DNA of 63,745 nt, filler included, from Octopus bimaculoides (Eukaryota), in NCBI RefSeq assembly GCF_001194135.2. It is 6 parts of 6 records of this genome, joined end to end, with 100 filler letters (N's around TTAATTAATTAA, not from the genome) between each part and the next. Parts side by side here need not be neighbours in the genome. Positions count along the whole stretch, not along the records: positions 31,640 to 40,644 come from NC_068981.1; positions 40,745 to 55,615 come from NW_026422129.1; 4 more parts are not named here. One strand, given 5' to 3'. A model generated the notes under the pieces. The model made no database searches and had not been told where the DNA came from. It worked only from the letters and a program-made list of their open reading frames with translations. The stretch's first letter is position 1; each line of letters opens with the position of its first letter. This document shows positions 33,810-46,700 of the stretch, one piece after another. The position numbers were made by a program, and so were the translations under genes.

Positions 33810-34270
33810 AAAACAAAAAATGGAACAAGACCGTAACAGGCGACAACAAAACATCCGGGCAGTTAGACGATACAAAAAAGGACAGGAAAAACCAAGGACG
33901 GATCATTCGGAGCTTTCAGCTATCAGTCGAGAAGCAGATCTTCTTTGCAGTTTCGGGCGGTTAATCTTGAGACTGTTCTAATCTAGTCGGCCCCAAGGAA
34001 ATCTAAGCTAAGAGTACTAGACTCCTTGGAAGAAAGCAAGCGGAAGTATACAAAAACAAGGACGGAAAAAAAAAGCGGAGAAATAGTACACAAATACAAA
34101 TACGAACAACAGGTGTCTTTCGACTAAGGACGAATTAGAGTAAGCTGACGTGTGTGGAAGAAAAGCCTTACGGCAGGAACATAAGGAATGAAAGTCATGG
34201 GAAGGAATATAGATGTAGTACGGATGGTAGTCGAAGCAAGAAAGAAAGGTCAGGCTTGGCGGAACATCGG
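33810..34270. repeat. CpG-containing dispersed-repeat-like segment, unclassified
   Basis: Resembles recalled cephalopod repeats (ccccaaggaaatctaagctaagag...ccttggaagaaagc). No second copy in the window. Confidence 0.3.
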
Positions 34271-34500
34271 TCACGTGGAAGAAGAGGAGAGAGATAGGGG
34301 CACAGGGATAGAAGAATTAGGGAGGGACGAAAAAGAAAGAAAATAGAGAAGGGACAGGGTGAAGAAATGGAGGAAAGAAGGTGAGAATGAAGGGAAGGTC
34401 AAGAAATGTGAGAGAGGGTGAGAGCAAGAAAAAGAAAAGTGTGAGGAACGAAAGAAGTATGAAAGGGGCTAAAGGAAAGGGTAAAAGAGTCGTACAGATT

Positions 34501-34542
<42 letters not shown>

Positions 34543-34552
34543 CTTATAAATG

Positions 34553-35046
34553 CGCAGGTTCTGGGTTCAGTCCCACTGCATGGCACTTTGGGCAAGTGTT
34601 TTCTACTTGTGAGTGTATTTGTTAGACGGAAACTAAAAGAAGCCCGTTGTATATAAATATATGTATATACAAATATATAAATTCAAAAAGGGATAAAACT
34701 CTTTTATAAGAATTTTATCAAGAATTTCATCAAGAGGCCTCGCATTCGGTACTAAATGTGGTTATTTTGAGAAGTCCAGTGTGTGGCGTTATTTTTCGGT
34801 ATTTTTCTGTAGTAATGCCCATTATATAAATATATATGTATATGTTTGTGTGTCTGTGTTTATCCCCACCATCGCTTGACAACCGATGTTGATGTGTTCA
34901 CGTCCTCGTAATCTAGCGGTTCGGCAAAAGGGAACGATAGAATAAGTTACTAAGCTTACAAAGAATAAGTCGTGAAGTTGGTTTGTTCGACTAAAGCGGT
35001 GCTCCAGCATGGCCGCAGACAAATGACTGAAACAAATAAAAGAATA
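34553..35046 (+). mobile_element. SINE family C with central microsatellite and ~170-bp insertion
   Basis: ctgggttcagtcccactgcatggcac...gacggaaactaaaagaagccc / ccccaccatcgcttgacaaccgatg...gcggtgctccagcatggccgcag...aaataaaagaata. Matches 39559-39974 in reverse. Confidence 0.85.
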
Positions 35047-36308
35047 ANNNNNNNNNNATATATATGTATACACATATATATATATTCACGTATGTATGCA
35101 TGTGTGTATGTATGTATGTATGTATGTATGTACTCAACTGATGGAGCGTTGTTTTTTATGTTTCCTTGTTTTCCATTTGCGTCTCTCGTTGTTCGCATTC
35201 TTAAGTTTGCCTTCGTATTTCATGTTGTTTACGTTTTGTGATGTCCTGTACCCATATCTATATATAGAGATATGGGTACAGGACACGCGGAGTAGAGAAA
35301 GCAGAGAACAACTGATGAAGGCATTGTCCTTTATGCTGCCTGTCTCGTCTCTCTATTTACTTCTTTCGTTGTTCGAAAACAAGTTCGTTTTCCAAGTTTT
35401 TGTTTGTTCATGTTCTTGTTTTTCATTTTGTTCACGTTTTTTTGTTTTTGACTTCCTGTACTCATATATGCATGTGTATATACATATATATGTACGTATG
35501 TACATATATATGNNNNNNNNNNNNNNNNNNNNNNNNNNNNNNNNNNNNNNNNNNNNNNNNNNNNNNNNNNNNNNNNNNNNNNNNNNNNNNNNNNNNNNNN
35601 NNNNNNNNNNNNNNNNNNNNNNNNNNNNNNNNNNNNNNNNNNNNNNNNNNNNNNNNNNNNNNNNNNNNNNNNNNNNNNNNNNNNNNNNNNNNNNNNNNNN
35701 NNNNNNNNNNNNNNNNNNNNNNNNNNNNNNNNNNNNNNNNNNNNNNNNNNNNNNNNNNNNNNNNNNNNNNNNNNNNNNNNNNNNNNNNNNNNNNNNNNNN
35801 NNNNNNNNNNNNNNNNNNNNNNNNNNNNNNNNNNNNNNNNNNNNNNNNNNNNNNNNNNNNNNNNNNNNNNNNNNNNNNNNNNNNNNNNNNNNNNNNNNNN
35901 NNNNNNNNNNNNNNNNNNNNNNNNNNNNNNNNNNNNNNNNNNNNNNNNNNNNNNNNNNNNNNNNNNNNNNNNNNNNNNNNNNNNNNNNNNNNNNNNNNNN
36001 NNNNNNNNNNNNNNNNNNNNNNNNNNNNNNNNNNNNNNNNNNNNNNNNNNNNNNNNNNNNNNNNNNNNNNNNNNNNNNNNNNNNNNNNNNNNNNNNNNNN
36101 NNNNNNNNNNNNNNNNNNNNNNNNNNNNNNNNNNNNNNNNNNNNNNNNNNNNNNNNNNNNNNNNNNNNNNNNNNNNNNNNNNNNNNNNNNNNNNNNNNNN
36201 NNNNNNNNNNNNNNNNNNNNNNNNNNNNNNNNNNNNNNNNNNNNNNNNNNNNNNNNNNNNNNNNNNNNNNNNNNNNNNNNNNNNNNNNNNNNNNNNNNNN
36301 NNNNNNNN

Positions 36309-36533
36309 CTGGCAGAAACGTTAGCACGCCGAGCGAAATGCTTGGCGGTATTTCGTCTGCCGCTACGTTCTGAGTTCAAATTCCGCCGAGGTCGACTTTG
36401 CCTTTCATCCTTTCGGGGTCGATTAAATAAGTACCAGTTACGCACTGGGGTCGATATAATCGACTTAATCCGTTTGTTTGTCTGTCTTTGTTTGTCCCCT
36501 ACGTGTGTAGCCCCTTGTGGGTAGTAAAGAAAT
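36309..36533 (+). mobile_element. SINE family A with alternative 3' tail
   Basis: Core near-identical to 22185, but ends tttgtcccctacgtgtgtagccccttgtgggtagtaaagaaata. Confidence 0.85.
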
Positions 36534-37669
36534 AACACACACACGCACATATACACACATGAAACTGCAAACAGCAGCAACATTAACAATTAACAACCAC
36601 AGCAGCAATATGTACACTAAGAAGAGCAACAGTAACCGTTATAACAATTGCAGCAGCAGCAGCAAAAGACATTTGTAACAACAGGACCAACATTATTATA
36701 AGCACCATGATCATTAACGACAGCGTCCGCAACATTAACAACAAGAATAAAACTACCAATAATAACGGTAGCGTTTGTAACAGCAGCAGCACCAACAGCA
36801 TCGACAGCACCACAACTGCATTATCATCATCGTTATCATCATCATCATCATCATCAGCTGCAGCAGCAGCAACAGTAACGCTTGTCTCCAAAAATGTGTT
36901 ATGCATATTTATTAGACGAAGCGCTGTAAATCTCGCTTCCGTTGCTATCACATATTTTAATCACCGTTTAGTTTCTTGTAATAGCTATTCTCTCACCACC
37001 ACCACCACCGCCACCACCACACCCGCCACCGCCGCCGCCACCACCACCACCACNNNNNNNNNNNNNNNNNNNNNNNNNNNNNNNNNNNNNNNNNNNNNNN
37101 NNNNNNNNNNNNNNNNNNNNNNNNNNNNNNNNNNNNNNNNNNNNNNNNNNNNNNNNNNNNNNNNNNNNNNNNNNNNNNNNNNNNNNNNNNNNNNNNNNNN
37201 NNNNNNNNNNNNNNNNNNNNNNNNNNNNNNNNNNNNNNNNNNNNNNNNNNNNNNNNNNNNNNNNNNNNNNNNNNNNNNNNNNNNNNNNNNNNNNNNNNNN
37301 NNNNNNNNNNNNNNNNNNNNNNNNNNNNNNNNNNNNNNNNNNNNNNNNNNNNNNNNNNNNNNNNNNNNNNNNNNNNNNNNNNNNNNNNNNNNNNNNNNNN
37401 NNNNNNNNNNNNNNNNNNNNNNNNNNNNNNNNNNNNNNNNNNNNNNNNNNNNNNNNNNNNNNNNNNNNNNNNNNNNNNNNNNNNNNNNNNNNNNNNNNNN
37501 NNNNNNNNNNNNNNNNNNNNNNNNNNNNNNNNNNNNNNNNNNNNNNNNGAGGGTGAAGTTGAGCGGGGGGGAGGGCGACCCGAGTGACTGAGTGGGTGGA
37601 GTGGAATATATGGAGAGGAGATGGGTAGAGAGAGAGATGGAGGGAGGGGGTATTATTGGTTTTCTCGTT

Positions 37670-37865
37670 TCATTTTTACTCGTTTCAGACTGCGACCATG
37701 CTGGGGCACCGCCTCGAACAATCTTAGTCGAACGAATCGAACCCACCCACCAGTACTTATTCTTTGCTAAGCCTGCTACTTATTCTATTGGTCACCGTTT
37801 GCCGAGCTGCTAAGCTACAGGGACTTAGACGCGACAACAGCGGTTGTCAAGCATTGGGTAGAAGA
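37670..37865 (-). mobile_element. SINE family C, 3' half
   Basis: ccatgctggggcaccgcc...ctgctaagctacagggac...ggttgtcaagc. Confidence 0.75.
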
Positions 37866-37907
37866 AAACACACGCACACACAACCACATACACACACACA
37901 CACACAC

Positions 37908-37946
<39 letters not shown>

Positions 37947-38258
37947 CAACGGGCATGAGAGGGATTCTAGGTCACACACAAACACACACGCAAATGCTTT
38001 TTCTAAGATTTTTTCAAATAGCCAATAATTTCAAATTAAACATCCTTTATAGAATGTTTTAAATTACACACATATACAAATGCACACATTCATTCATATA
38101 CATCCATATATACATACACACACACATATATGTATGTATGTATATGTGTATGCGAAATTGACGCTGTGCGTGTGTTTATATTGGCGTAATGACCTTCCCG
38201 AGATACAGCAAGGCATAGGCAGAAATCAGCAGACATTCTGAATGGAGTTGATAATATC

Positions 38259-38473
38259 CTTTTCTATTCTAGGCACAAGGCCCGAAATTTTGGGGAAAAG
38301 GGGCCAGTCTATTAGATCGACTTCAGTACGCAACTGGTACTTAATTTGTCGACCCCGAACGGATGAAAGGCAAAGTCGACCTCGGCGGAATTTGAACTCA
38401 GAGCATAAAGACAGACGAAATACCGCTAAGCATTTCGCCCGGCGTGCTAACGTTTCTGCCAGCTCGCCCCCTT
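38259..38473 (-). mobile_element. SINE family A, full length, with perfect 16-bp TSD
   Basis: tggagttgataatatc at 38243-38258 and 38474-38489. CpGs are intact. Confidence 0.92.
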
Positions 38474-39204
38474 TGGAGTTGATAATATCAACAACACTAT
38501 TTGTCCAGTCCTTCATTTTGTTTTTTGTTTTTTTGTTTTTTTTATATTTCAGTCAAATATTTGTTCTTCGGTTATGAAGTTTCGTTTGTGGTTTTCGTGT
38601 AAATCATATTAACATATTCAATATTGTTTGTTTATATAGAATAAATATATTTATTTGCTTAGTAAATGCATTCATTTCTAAAGTAAATATATATATTTGT
38701 TTGTACATTAACCATAGATATGTGTGTACATGGTGCTGGAATTATTGAGAATGATGGCTGAGATGAAGAGGTATTCGCCATTGCTTTATTGTGGACGATA
38801 CAATCAAAGGTCTGTTTGTTTTACAGCTATTTATAAGTTTGTTGTACCAATTAACAAGAAGAATTGTTTATCGTAGTGTTGCGTGGCTTTGTGTAGCTCT
38901 ATTCAGCTTCTATAAACTTATGTTTTTCGCTTTTGAAATTTGAATAAATTTTACCTCTTTTTAGACCCGAAGAGGATGGACTGCCAAGTAGAGAAAAACA
39001 CTTAAAAAGCGAACGGATTTAGCTAACAAACCAATACCATTCGATCTGGAGTTCAATAAAGGGTCATATGACATAACCTCCGGTGTGAAATATTTGTCAA
39101 ATACTGGAAGTCAATTTGTTAATCGATATAACGCCTCTCTGTTGAAACATTTCTTTGACCTTATCCCAATATTAGAGATCAATATTTTCAAATATAATTA
39201 ATAC

Positions 39205-39360
39205 AGGGTAGGGAGCGTGCTGACAAAATGCTCAGCGGTATTTCGTCTTGACGTTCTAAGTTCAGATTCCGCTGAGGTCGGCTTTGCCTTTCATCATCTC
39301 GAGGTCAATGAAATAAGTACCAGTTGAATGATAGGGTCACTGCAGACGACTTATTCCCTT
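39205..39360 (+). mobile_element. SINE family A, diverged
   Basis: aaatgctcagcggtatttcgtc...gctttgcctttcatc...aaataagtaccagtt. Confidence 0.75.
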
Positions 39361-39558
39361 TCAAACAAATATACCGGCATTTGATTGGCGAATTTTTCAC
39401 AGCATCAGAAAAATTGCCTTGAGTTGTTAGAGCTCTCCCTACGCTCTGAACCCAATCCCTATCTTGTTCGACATTGCATTTTATATACCCGGGGCTAAAA
39501 AGCGGAAATAAGTTCTAGACAGGCAAAATAAGTGGCCTTTTGGCAGGGTTAGGGTATG

Positions 39559-39974
39559 TTCTTTTATTCTTTTACTTGTTTCTGTCATTTCAATGCGGCC
39601 ATACTGGAGCACCACCTTTAGTAGAACAAATCGACCCCAGAACTTATCTTTTGTAAACCTAGTACTTATTCTATCGGTTACTTTTACCGAACTGCTAAGT
39701 TACGGGGACGTAAAAACACCAACATCGGTTGTCAAGCGATGGTGGGGAAACAAACGCAGACATACATATTAACATGCATACATGCATATATATATGTCCA
39801 TATATATATATATATGTACGAGGGGCTTCTTTCAGTTTCCATCTGCCAAATCCACTCACAAGGCTTTTGTGGGTCTGTGGCAATAGTAGAAGACACTTAC
39901 CCAAGGTGCTACGCAGTAGTACTGAACCTGGGACCATGTAGTTGGGAAGCAAGATTCTTACCACACAGCCACTC
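39559..39974 (-). mobile_element. SINE family C, full length (tRNA-like head)
   Basis: The minus strand starts gagtggctgtgtggtaagaatcttgcttcccaac...ccaggttcagtact and ends gaaacaagtaaaagaataaaagaa. Confidence 0.85.
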
Positions 39975-39997
39975 ATGAGCCTGTCAATAATAATAAC

Positions 39998-40065
<68 letters not shown>

Positions 40066-40066
<1 letters not shown>

Positions 40067-40178
40067 CCTTTCCACTGGAAGCACAAGGCTTCAAATTTGG
40101 AGGAATGGATTAAGTTGATTACATGACTTCCAGTACTCAACTGATTCTTAATTTATCGACCCCGAAAGGATGAAAGGC

Positions 40179-40180
<2 letters not shown>
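40066..40180 (-). mobile_element. SINE family A, 3' half
   Basis: gcacaaggcttcaaatttgg...ttaatttatcgaccccgaaaggatgaaaggc, between (AAT)n runs. Confidence 0.8.
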
Positions 40181-40237
<57 letters not shown>

Positions 40238-40350
40238 TGATGATGATGATGATGAAGAAGGACTAGTGTGGCGGATATCGATGGATAGATAAAGAGGGAG
40301 AGAGAGATACAGACGGACATACAGACAGAGAGAGAGATAGAGAGATAGAG

Positions 40351-40391
<41 letters not shown>

Positions 40392-40744
40392 CATTTCTTT
40401 TATTAGCCACACAGGGCTCAACGAAGATGGGACAAATACAATGTAGAGCTTTTCTTTTTGGGAGAGGGAAGGAAGGAAAAAAAAAAGGGGATGGTGTCGA
40501 TCAAAAGGGATCGTAGGAAGGGAAAAAGGGGGAGTTCGATCAAAAGGGATCGGAAAAAAAATAAAAAAGGAAAGGCCGATCAATAGGGATCGTGTATCAC
40601 ACAGTAATGTTCTCGTGTAAAAAGAGGGGAGGACAGTTTAGGTTNNNNNNNNNNNNNNNNNNNNNNNNNNNNNNNNNNNNNNNNNNNNTTAATTAATTAA
40701 NNNNNNNNNNNNNNNNNNNNNNNNNNNNNNNNNNNNNNNNNNNN

Positions 40745-43700
40745 TACGTATTACGTAGGCAGGAATTAACGAAAGAACGTACGTACAAACGAACCAACTT
40801 AAGAACAAACGAACGTACGTACGTAATTACGATCGAACGAAAGTACGAACGAACGAACGTACCAACGAACGTAAGTACGTATGAACGACCGAACGAACGT
40901 ACGTACGAACGAACGAACGTAATTACGTAAGTACGAACGAGCGTACATATATACGAACGTACATATATACGAACATACATATATACGTAGGTACGTACGA
41001 ACGATTGAAGGAACGAACGTACGTACGCAGAAAGGAAATAACGAAATAACGTACGTGCGAACGAAGGAACTTACGTACGTATGAACGATAGAACGAACGT
41101 ATGTACGTATATACGAACGAATGAAAGAACGAACGTACATATATACGTACGTACGTAGGAACGACTGAACGAACGAACGTACGTACGCAGGTAAGAAATA
41201 ACGAAAGAACGTAAGTACGTACGAACGAAGGAACGTACGTACGTAGGCAAGAAATAACGAAAGAACGAAAGAACAAACATACGTACGAACGTACGTACGA
41301 ACGAACGTACGTAAGAACGAACGTACTTACGAAGGAACGTACGTACGTATTACGTAGGCAGGATTTAATGAAAGATTGTACGTACGTACGAACGAAGAAA
41401 CGAACGAACTTACGTACGTACGTAAGTGAGAACGAACGAACGTACGTACGTATTACGTAGGCAGGAAATGACGAAAGAACGTACATACAAACGAACCAAC
41501 ATACGAACGACCGAACGTACGTATGAACGAATTAAAGAACGTACGTACGTACAAACGAACTTACGTACGTACGTACGTATGAACGATCGAACGAACGTAC
41601 GTACGTACGTACGAAGGAATGAAAGAACGAACGTACGAACGTAAGTACATACGAACGTACATTTACACGTACGTACGTACGAACGATTGAACAAAAGAAC
41701 GTACGTACGCAGGTAAGAAATAACGATAGAACGTATGTACGTACGAACGAACGTACGTACGTACGTAGGGAAGAAATAACGAAAGAACGTACGAACGAGC
41801 ATACGTACGAACGTACGTACGTATTACGTAGGTAGGAATTAACGTACGTACGAACAAAGAAATGTACGAACGAACGAACGTACGTATGAATGAATTAACG
41901 AACGTACGTAGGTACGAACGAACTTACGTACGTACGTAAGTAAGCAAGAACGAACGTACGTACGTATTACGTAGGCCGGAAATGACGAAAGAACGTACGT
42001 ACGTACAAACGAACCAATGTACGAACAAACGAACGTACGTATGAACGATTTAACGAACGTACTTACGAACCAATGTACGTACGTATTACGTAGGCAGGAA
42101 TTAAAGAAAAATCGTACATGCGAACGAAGAAACGTGCGAACTGACGTACGTACGTAAGTAAGAACGAACAAACTACGTACGTATTACGTAGGCAGGAAAT
42201 AACGAATGTACGTACGTACAAACGAACCAGCGTACGAACGAACGAACGTACGTATGAACGAATTAACGAACGTACGTACGTAGGCAAGAAATAACGAAAG
42301 AACGAACGAACGAATATACGTACGAACCAATATACGTACGAACGTACGTACGAACGAACGTACTTACGAACTAACGTACATACGTATTACGTAGGCAGGA
42401 ATTAACGAAAGATCGTACGTACGTACGAACGAAGAGACGAACGAACGTACCTATGAACGATCGAACGAACGTACATTGGTATGTACGAACGAATGAAAGA
42501 ACGAACGTACGTACGTATTACGTAGGCAGGAAATAACGAAAGAACGGACGTACGTACGAGCAAAGAATTGAACTAACATACGTACGTAAGTACGAACGAA
42601 CGAACGTACGTACGTACGTGCGTATTACGTAGGCAAGAAATAAAGAAAGAACGTACGTAATTACGATCTAACGAACGAACGTACGAACGAACGAACGTAC
42701 GAACGAACGAACGTACGTATGAACGATCGAACGAACGTACGTATGTACGTATATACGAAGGAATGAAAGATCGAACGTACGAATGTAAGTACAAACGAAC
42801 CTACATATATATTCGTACGTACGTACGAACGACTGAACGAACAAACGTTCGTACGCAGGTAAGAACTAATGAAAGAACGTAAGTACGTACGAACGAACGT
42901 ACGTACGTACGTCGGCAAGAATGAACGAAAGAACGAACGAACGAACAAACGTACGAACGTACGTACGAACGAACGTACGTACGAACGAACGTACTTACGA
43001 ACCAACGCACGAAGAAACGAACGAACTTACGTACGTTCGTAAGTCAGAACGAACGAACGTACGTACGTATTACGTAGGCAGGAAATAACGAAAGAACGTA
43101 CGTACAAACGAACCAACGTACGATCGAATTAACGTACGTATGAACGAATTACCAAACGTACGTACGTATGAACGAACTTACGTACGTACGTACGTATGAA
43201 CGGCCGAACGAACGTACGTACGTACGAACGAATGAAAGAACGAATGTATGTACGTATTACGTAGGCAGGAATTAACGAAAGATCGTACGTACGTACGAAC
43301 GACGAGACGATCGAACTTACGTACGTACGTAAGTAAGAACGAACGAACGTACGTACGTATTACGTATGCAGGAAATAATGAAAGAACGTACGTACAAACG
43401 AACCAACGTACGAACGAACGAACGTACGTACGTTCGTATGTAGGAAAGAATGAAAGAACGAACGTACGTACGTTTTACGTAGGCAGGAAATAACGAAAGA
43501 ACGTACGTACGTACGAACGAAGAATTGAAATAATGTACGTACGTAAGTACGAACGAACGAACGTACGTACGTATTACGTAGGCAGGAAATAACGAAAGAA
43601 CGTACGTAATTACGATCGAACGAACGTACGAACGAACGTACGAACGAACGAACGTACGTATGAACGATCGAACGAACGTACGTACGAACGAACGAACGTA

Positions 43701-46700
43701 ATTACGTAAGTACGAACGGGCGTACATATATACGAACGTACATATATACGAACATACATATTTACCTACGTACGTACGAACGATTGAAGGAACGAACGTA
43801 CGTACGCATGTACGATCTTTCTTTAATTCCTGCCTACGTAGTACGTACGTACATTGGTTCGTAAGCACGTTCGTTCGTATGTACGTTTGTTCGTTCGTTC
43901 GTTCGTTCTTTCGTTCATTCTTGCCGACGTACGTACGTACGTTCGTTCGTACGTACTTACGTTCTTTCGGTAGTTGTTACCTGCGTACGAACGAACGAAC
44001 GTACGTAATTATGTAAGTACGAACGGGCGTACAAGAATACGAACTTACATATATAGGAACATACATATTTACGTACGTACGTACGAAAGATTGAAGGAAC
44101 GAACGTACGTACGCAGGAAGGAAATGACGAAATAAGGTACGTGCGAACGAAGGAACTTACTTACGTACGTACGCATTACGTAGGCAGGAAATAACGATAG
44201 AACGTACGTACAAACGAACGAACGTACGTATGAACGAATTAACGAACGTACATACGTACGAACGACTGAACGAACGAACGTACGTACGCAGGTAAGAACT
44301 AACGAAAGAACGTAAGTACGTACGAACGAACGTACGTACGTACGTCGGCAAGAATGAACGAAAGAACGAACAAACGAACAAACGTACGAACGTACGTAAG
44401 AACGAACGTATTTAGGAACCAACGTACGTACGTATTGCATAGGCAGGAATTAAAGATCGTACGTACGAACGAAGAAACGAAAGAACTTACGTACGTACGT
44501 AAGTAAGAACGAACGAACGTACGTACGTATTACGTAGGCAGGAAATAACGAAAGACCGTACGTACAAACGAACCAGCGTACGAACGAACGAACGTACGTA
44601 TGAACGAATTAACGAACGTACGTACGTACGAACGAACTTATAAACTTACGTACGTATGAACGATCGAACGAACGTACGTACGTATTACGTAGGCAGGAAT
44701 TAATGAAAGATCGTACGTACGTACGAACGAAGAGACGAACGAACTTACGACGTACGTAAGTAAGAACGAACGGACGTACGGACGTATTACGTAGGCAGGA
44801 AATAACGAAAGAACGTACGTACAAACGAACCAACGTACCAACGAACGAACGTACGTATGAACGAATTAACGAACGTACGTACGAACGAACTTACGTACGT
44901 ACGTATGAACGATCGAACGACCGTACGTTCGTATGTACGAACGAATGAAAGAACGAACGTACGTACGTATTATGTAGGCAGGAAATAACGAAAGAACATA
45001 CGTACGTACGAACGAAGAAACGTACGTCGGCAAGAATGAACGAAAAACCGAACGAACGAACAAACGTACGAACGTACGTACGAACGAACACACTTACGAA
45101 CCAACGTACGTACGTATTACGTAGGCAGGAATTAACGAAAGATCGTACGTACAAACGAAGAAACGAACGAACTTACGTACGTACGTATGAACGAATTAAC
45201 GAACGTACGTACGAACGAACTTATGAACTTACGTACGTACGTACGTAAAAACGAAAGAACGTACGTACGTATTACGTAGGCAGGAAATAACTAAAGAACG
45301 TACGTACAAACGAACCAGCGTACGAACGAACGAACGTACGTATGAACGAATTAACGAAAGATCGTACGTACGAACGAAGAAACGAACGAACTTACGTACG
45401 TACGTAAGTCAGAACGAACGAACGTACGTACGTATTACGTAGGCAGGAAATAACGAAAGACCGTACGTACAAACGAACCAGCGTACGAACGAACGAACGT
45501 ACGTATGAACGAATTAACGAACGTACGTACGTAGGCAAGAAATAACGAAAGAACGAACGAACGAATATACGTACGAACGTACGTACGAACGAACGTAATT
45601 ATGAACTTACGTACGTATGAACGATCGAACGAACGTACGNNNNNNNNNNNNACGTACGAACGTATTACGTAGGCAGGAATTAATGAAAGATCGTACGTAC
45701 GTACGAACGAAGAGACGAACGAACTTACGACGTACGTAAGTAAGAACGAACGGACGTACGTATGAACGAATTAACGAACGTCCTTCCATATGAACGACCG
45801 AACGAACGTACGTACGTATGTACGAGCGAAGGAAAGAGCGACCGTACGTACGTTCAATCGACCCAACGTACGAACGAACGAACGAACGTACGTTTGAACG
45901 AATTAACGAACGTACGTACGTACGAACGAATTTACGTACGTACGTAAGTATGAACGATCGAACGAACGTACGTAGTTATGTACAAACGAATGAAAGAACG
46001 AACGTACGAATGTAAGTACAAACGAACGAACATATATAAGTACGTACGTACGAACGATTCAACGAACAATCGTACGTACGCAGGTAACAACTACCGAAAG
46101 AACGTAAGTACGTACGAACGAACGTACGTACGTACGTCGGCAAGAATGAACGAAAGAACGAACGAACGAACGAACAAACGTACATACGAACGAACGTGCT
46201 TACGAACCAATGTACGTACGTACTACGTAGGCAGGAATTAAAGAAAGATCGTACATGCGAACGAAGAAACGAACGAACTGACGTACGTACGTCAGTAAGA
46301 ACGAACGAACGTACGTACGTATTACGTAGGCAGGAAATAACGAAAGAACTTACGTACAAACGAACCAGNNNNNNNNNNNNNNNNNNNNNNNNNNNNNNNN
46401 NNNNNNNNNNNNNNNNNNNNNNNNNNNNNNNNNNNNNNNNNNNNNNNNNNNNNNNNNNNNNNNNNNNNNNNNNNNNNNNNNNNNNNNNNNNNNNNNNNNN
46501 NNNNNNNNNNNNNNNNNNNNNNNNNNNNNNNNNNNNNNNNNNNNNNNNNNNNNNNNNNNNNNNNNNNNNNNNNNNNNNNNNNNNNNNNNNNNNNNNNNNN
46601 NNNNNNNNNNNNNNNNNNNNNNNNNNNNNNNNNNNNNNNNNNNNNNNNNNNNNNNNNNNNNNNNNNNNNNNNNNNNNNNNNNNNNNNNNNNNNNNNNNNN

